Shown here: positions 57,523 to 60,325 of the stretch, in pieces | Layout of the letters: each line of letters begins with the position of its first letter | Position numbering within the stretch: the stretch's first letter is position 1 | NCBI GenBank assembly: GCA_964641375.1 | Contig: CAZXMN010000003.1 | Span: 1 to 60,325 of the forward strand | DNA length: 60,325 nucleotides | DNA from: an uncultured Candidatus Saccharibacteria bacterium | GTDB lineage: Bacteria > Patescibacteriota > CPR2 > UBA1875 > CAIMLA01 | Reading direction: 5' to 3' | Notes under the pieces: model-generated | What the model was told of the DNA's origin: nothing | Seen by the model: the letters and a program-made list of their open reading frames with translations, nothing else | Databases searched by the model: none | Translations under genes and position numbers: made by a program

Positions 57523-57978
57523 TTAAACAATTTTATTAATTAGATTTTTTGCCCAAGTTTTAGCTCTCTCAAGGTCTTTTTCGTTAGGATGTCCTTTTGC
57601 AAAGCCTCCAAAGGGCTTTGAAATTGGAGGATAAGTGTCAAAACCAAGGCACTCGAAAAAATCGATTATTTCAAACCCGGCATCTGTGAAAGTTTTTCTA
57701 AAATTGTTATGGAATTTATTGTAAAAAGCGTCAGGTCCACCGCTTGTGGCGATGATAAAACACCTTTTCTCATTATTGGTAAATAGTCTTTCGAAACCTA
57801 CGTGTGGCTTCGCAAAATAAACTCCACTGGCAAAACCTATCACGTCATAGTCGGCGAGCATTTCAGTCTTGGCCTTTGCGAGTGGAACTATCTCACAGTT
57901 AAGGACCTCGGCAACAGCCTTGACTACTTTTTCAGTATTCATGTGGTGAAATGATTGATAAATAATTACAGTTTTCAT
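57523..57978 (-). CDS. Flavodoxin family protein
   Basis: IIYQSFHHMNTEKV, YDVIGFASGVY, IATSG, CLGFDT...GHPNEKDL. Confidence 0.88.
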   Translation of the reverse strand: MKTVIIYQSFHHMNTEKVVKAVAEVLNCEIVPLAKAKTEMLADYDVIGFASGVYFAKPHVGFERLFTNNEKRCFIIATSGGPDAFYNKFHNNFRKTFTDAGFEIIDFFECLGFDTYPPISKPFGGFAKGHPNEKDLERAKTWAKNLINKIV

Positions 57979-58132
57979 GAATACAGTTTACCACAAAGAG
58001 TGCTGTTCTTTAGTTTCGTTTCTAGTTTTTCTTTGTTTGATATCCCTTGGTTTAAGTTTTCACGTTTTTCTAAGATCCAATGCACATATATTATATATAA
58101 GTATAGGTGTAGTAATTTTTTGTGATTTTAAG

Positions 58133-58190
58133 TTCAAAAAGGGCTAAAAAATATAGCAATAGGCTGCTATATTTTTTAGCCCTTTTTGAA
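58133..58190. repeat. Perfect 26-bp inverted repeat with 6-nt loop
   Basis: ttcaaaaagggctaaaaaatatagca-ataggc-tgctatattttttagccctttttgaa. Confidence 0.95.
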
Positions 58191-58270
58191 TTCTAAATCC
58201 AGACTTTTTATCGACCTGTAGTTATTAACAATGAGACGTGACAAATGCATTTAAATTCCTTCCTAAACAA

Positions 58271-58296
58271 ACTAGCAAGCCGATCGGCTTGCTAGT
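58271..58296. repeat. Perfect 26-nt palindrome
   Basis: actagcaagccgatcggcttgctagt is its own reverse complement. Confidence 0.95.
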
Positions 58297-58464
58297 CTTT
58301 GTAAGTCGACCAGATTAACTGGCCTTCATTGAATTATTGGAACTGTTTAGTTCCATCATGCGTACTTTGGCGAAGCGGCGCGCGCCAAGGCCTTTTTAAG
58401 CACAGAACGAGACAAACGAGACACTAAATCCAAGATGTCATAAGCCCTCTTGTGGGTGCCTGTA

Positions 58465-58493
58465 TTGACTAAGTATTAGGAAAGTAATATAAT
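58465..58493 (+). promoter_or_regulatory. sigma70 promoter of the radical SAM cassette
   Basis: TTGACT-17 nt-TATAAT. Confidence 0.8.
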
Positions 58494-58519
58494 GCCGCCA
58501 AGCTAGGCCGCCAAGCTAG
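58494..58519 (+). repeat. 13-bp direct tandem duplication at the predicted transcription start
   Basis: gccgccaagctag twice. Confidence 0.9.
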
Positions 58520-58589
58520 TCCGCTCCCCACATCATGTGGGGGGTTCTGTATACACAAACTAGTTCGCACCTTGAAAGGGTGATTACCG

Positions 58590-59885
58590 ATGCTGTACCG
58601 TCAGCTAAGGGCTCCTATTAGTGCCCAGATTGAGCTAACAACGGAGTGCTCAAACAACTGTCCGCACTGCTACAACTATCAGCGGCAAGACGACGATCCC
58701 GATACCACAATGTCCGTTGAGCAACTGCGAACTACATTCGCAGCGCTCGGTCGGGCAGGCGTCTTCTCCACCATTATCACTGGTGGGGAACCTGGTCTAC
58801 GACCTTCTCTGGTTGTGGAAGGGATTCGCTTGTGCTCAGAACTGAACATTTCATGCTCCATCAACACTAATCTGACGACTCTGACTGAAGAGACGTTGGT
58901 TAAGATGGTGGAGGCGGGTAAGTTCACGGTTCTGACCTCAATCGCATCTTTCCAGGAGTCGGTCCATGACGCGATGATGGGAAGAAGCGGTGCTTTTCGC
59001 AGAACCGTGCGGGGAGTTGAACTTCTTAAGCAGTACGGGGTTCCGTTCTCGGCGAACATGGTTGTGGCTCAAGCAAACGCTGGTCAAGTGTATGAGACTG
59101 GACTGTTTGCACACTCCCTAGGTGCCAGGTCATTCTCAGCCACAAAGGCGTCACCGCCGCTTGGGTGCAACGACTACTCGAAGGTTCAGCCGACACGCGA
59201 TCAAGTCCGACAATCTCTCGATGATCTACTCCGACTCAACGAAGAGACGGGGATGCCGGTTGATATCCTAGAGTGCTACCCGCTCTGTTTCTTCGGAAAT
59301 GTCGAGAAGTACAAGAGGTTCACTCGGCATAAGTGCTCGGCAGCAATTTTCTCGAGCGCGATTGGGGCTGACGGTCTGGTACGGCCGTGCTCTCACTCGA
59401 ACCGTACCTACGGCAATGTCTTCACGGAAGATCTCGACGTAATCTTCTCTCGAATGCTAGAGTGGAGGAGTGGAGATCTGCTTCCGGAGCAGTGTCTCAA
59501 CTGTAACTACTTCAGCCAATGTTCTGGTGGTTGTCGTTGTGAAGCTGAGCATGCGGGAGACATCGCTGGGATGGATCCATATGCACTTGGAGAGTCGAGT
59601 GTGATTCCCCAAGCAAGCGAGGTATCTGTCGAGTTCGCAGTAGCTGATGAGACTCGCTTCGGTATTGACGCTTCCGTACGCTTCCGCAAGGAAGGATTCG
59701 GCTATGTCGTCAAGGGTCGGGCTTCCTTCGCCATAGTCGGTCCGGAGGCAGGCGACCTGCTCATGAAGCTGCAGATGTCCGGTATGACTCTAGCCGAAGC
59801 AAGTCGCTATTCTGGCTTTGACCCCGATCAAGTTCTCGCGGTGTTGAAGGGCCTGGTTTCAAAGAGGATAGTGAGTTTTGTATAG
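58590..59885 (+). CDS. Radical SAM/SPASM enzyme with probable C-terminal PqqD/RRE-like domain (putative RiPP maturase)
   Basis: CSNNCPHC (Cx3Cx2C), TGGEP, SPASM C-x12-G-x4-C and Cx2Cx5Cx3C, about 80-aa beta/helix C-terminal extension. Confidence 0.92.
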   Translation: MLYRQLRAPISAQIELTTECSNNCPHCYNYQRQDDDPDTTMSVEQLRTTFAALGRAGVFSTIITGGEPGLRPSLVVEGIRLCSELNISCSINTNLTTLTEETLVKMVEAGKFTVLTSIASFQESVHDAMMGRSGAFRRTVRGVELLKQYGVPFSANMVVAQANAGQVYETGLFAHSLGARSFSATKASPPLGCNDYSKVQPTRDQVRQSLDDLLRLNEETGMPVDILECYPLCFFGNVEKYKRFTRHKCSAAIFSSAIGADGLVRPCSHSNRTYGNVFTEDLDVIFSRMLEWRSGDLLPEQCLNCNYFSQCSGGCRCEAEHAGDIAGMDPYALGESSVIPQASEVSVEFAVADETRFGIDASVRFRKEGFGYVVKGRASFAIVGPEAGDLLMKLQMSGMTLAEASRYSGFDPDQVLAVLKGLVSKRIVSFV

Positions 59886-59953
59886 CTCACTGAAGGCCGC
59901 ACCTCGGTAATGTGTCTACCCCGCTTGTCTGGGAACAGGAAGGAGGAAACGGG

Positions 59954-60067
59954 ATGGAGCTTCTCGGCATCGTGAATGGCGCGTCCGTCGATTCGATGGC
60001 GTCCAGTTGCGAGTGTGACAGCCCCAACTGCGACAGCGGTTGCGACTCCGACAACGACAACGACTAG
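59954..60067 (+). CDS. Putative RiPP precursor peptide, 37 aa, Cys/Asp-rich (not in ORF track)
   Basis: AGGAGG (59941-59946) 7 nt before the ATG; MELLGIVNGASVDSMASSCECDSPNCDSGCDSDNDND*; directly after the radical SAM gene and before a strong terminator. Confidence 0.85.
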   Translation: MELLGIVNGASVDSMASSCECDSPNCDSGCDSDNDND

Positions 60068-60101
60068 AAACCGGCGACACGAAGGACGTCGGTAGCACTG
60101 G

Positions 60102-60143
60102 GACCCGGTGCCCCTTTGGGGGTACCGGGTCTTTTCGTTTTTT
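60102..60143 (+). terminator. Strong intrinsic terminator closing the radical SAM-precursor operon
   Basis: 13-bp stem gacccggtgcccc-tttg-ggggtaccgggtc followed by ttttcgtttttt. Confidence 0.9.
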
Positions 60144-60325
60144 ACATAGCGGAACTATGAGATGTGGTGAGTGTGGCTCATTTATTATTGGTGAACGGAA
60201 GTTCAAGACTCTCAGAAAGTCCGGCAAAAAGACTATGTATATTTACTATCTTTGCTCAAAGTATTCACATCGGGAATGTAAGCAGCTTCCTATAAACGAG
60301 CAAGCTTTAATACCTCAACTTGTTA
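60139..60325 (+). pseudogene. 5'-truncated large serine recombinase fragment (zinc beta-ribbon), runs off the window
   Basis: FLHSGTMRCGECGSFIIGERKFKTLRKSGKKTMYIYYLCSKYSHRECKQLPINEQALIPQLV matches the CxxCG...YYxC...C...I.E pattern; no catalytic domain upstream in this frame. Confidence 0.75.

Noticed and set aside
55200-58000. Integron cassette array
   Set aside because: Genes alternate in orientation and no paired RYYYAAC/GTTRRRY attC hairpins were found by eye
57975-58085. 36-aa minus-strand ORF overlapping the flavodoxin start (ATGA)
   Set aside because: GTG start with poor spacing from the -10 and no motif; could arise by chance in AT-rich DNA
58532-58579. 15-aa ORF MWGFCIHKLVRTLKG upstream of the rSAM as an alternative precursor
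   Set aside because: No RBS, the start is buried in a hairpin and there is only one Cys; the downstream peptide is much better supported
347-59689. Numerous short overlapping or antisense ORFs in the track (e.g. 347-820, 4051-4479, 13340-13663, 29778-29987, 58679-59059)
   Set aside because: They lie opposite or inside well-supported genes and have no family motifs; they are shadow ORFs
59916-60227. 103-aa minus-strand ORF with CRCRSRNRCRSWGCH
   Set aside because: Antisense shadow of the precursor and terminator; no RBS
1-60325. CRISPR array, rRNA, tmRNA, RNase P RNA, IS transposase
   Set aside because: No regularly spaced repeat-spacer units (the repeats found are coding, with a 171-nt period) and no signature motifs of the others were seen

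Overview
A 60.3-kb chromosomal segment of a bacterium that looks like Patescibacteria/CPR. This is inference from the compact housekeeping blocks, the type IV pilus cluster without a secretin, a 3,444-aa surface protein and many apparently leaderless genes. Core genes: dnaK(partial)-dnaJ, 4 tRNAs (Met-e, Lys, fMet, Arg), ftsB-like, yebC-ruvC-(AAA/DUF4143)-ruvA-ruvB, rpsF-ssb-rpsR-efp-tlyA, ychF, a Xer recombinase, uppP, an M16 peptidase, ndk, prsA-like, an LTA-synthase-like gene, an amidase and an RR-HK-RR operon. Surface machinery: a giant protein with 21 RCC1 repeats (3 x 7 blades) plus Ig/FN3 repeats, a SurA-PKD fusion, and a full pilMNOP-B-T-C-A-A'-D plus minor-pilin cluster. Its two major pilin genes are near-identical tandem copies that differ by only two amino acids. 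Accessory DNA: a tRNA-Arg-linked islet (four-helix bundle, DUF5674 pair, Fic) and a patchwork of small genes at 55-58 kb. The best candidate for an undescribed system is at the right end. It is a GC-rich two-gene RiPP-like cassette: a radical SAM/SPASM enzyme with a probable C-terminal RRE (58590-59885), followed by a 37-aa Cys/Asp-rich precursor (59954-60067, MELLGIVNGASVDSMASSCECDSPNCDSGCDSDNDND) that is below the ORF-track cutoff. It has its own sigma70 promoter, a strong RBS and a terminator, and it abuts a truncated serine-recombinase zinc ribbon. Other features missed by the ORF track are a ComEC-type MBL remnant (4564-4722) and a leaderless 38-aa membrane protein (4725-4841). All family assignments come from motif recognition by eye; no database searches were run.
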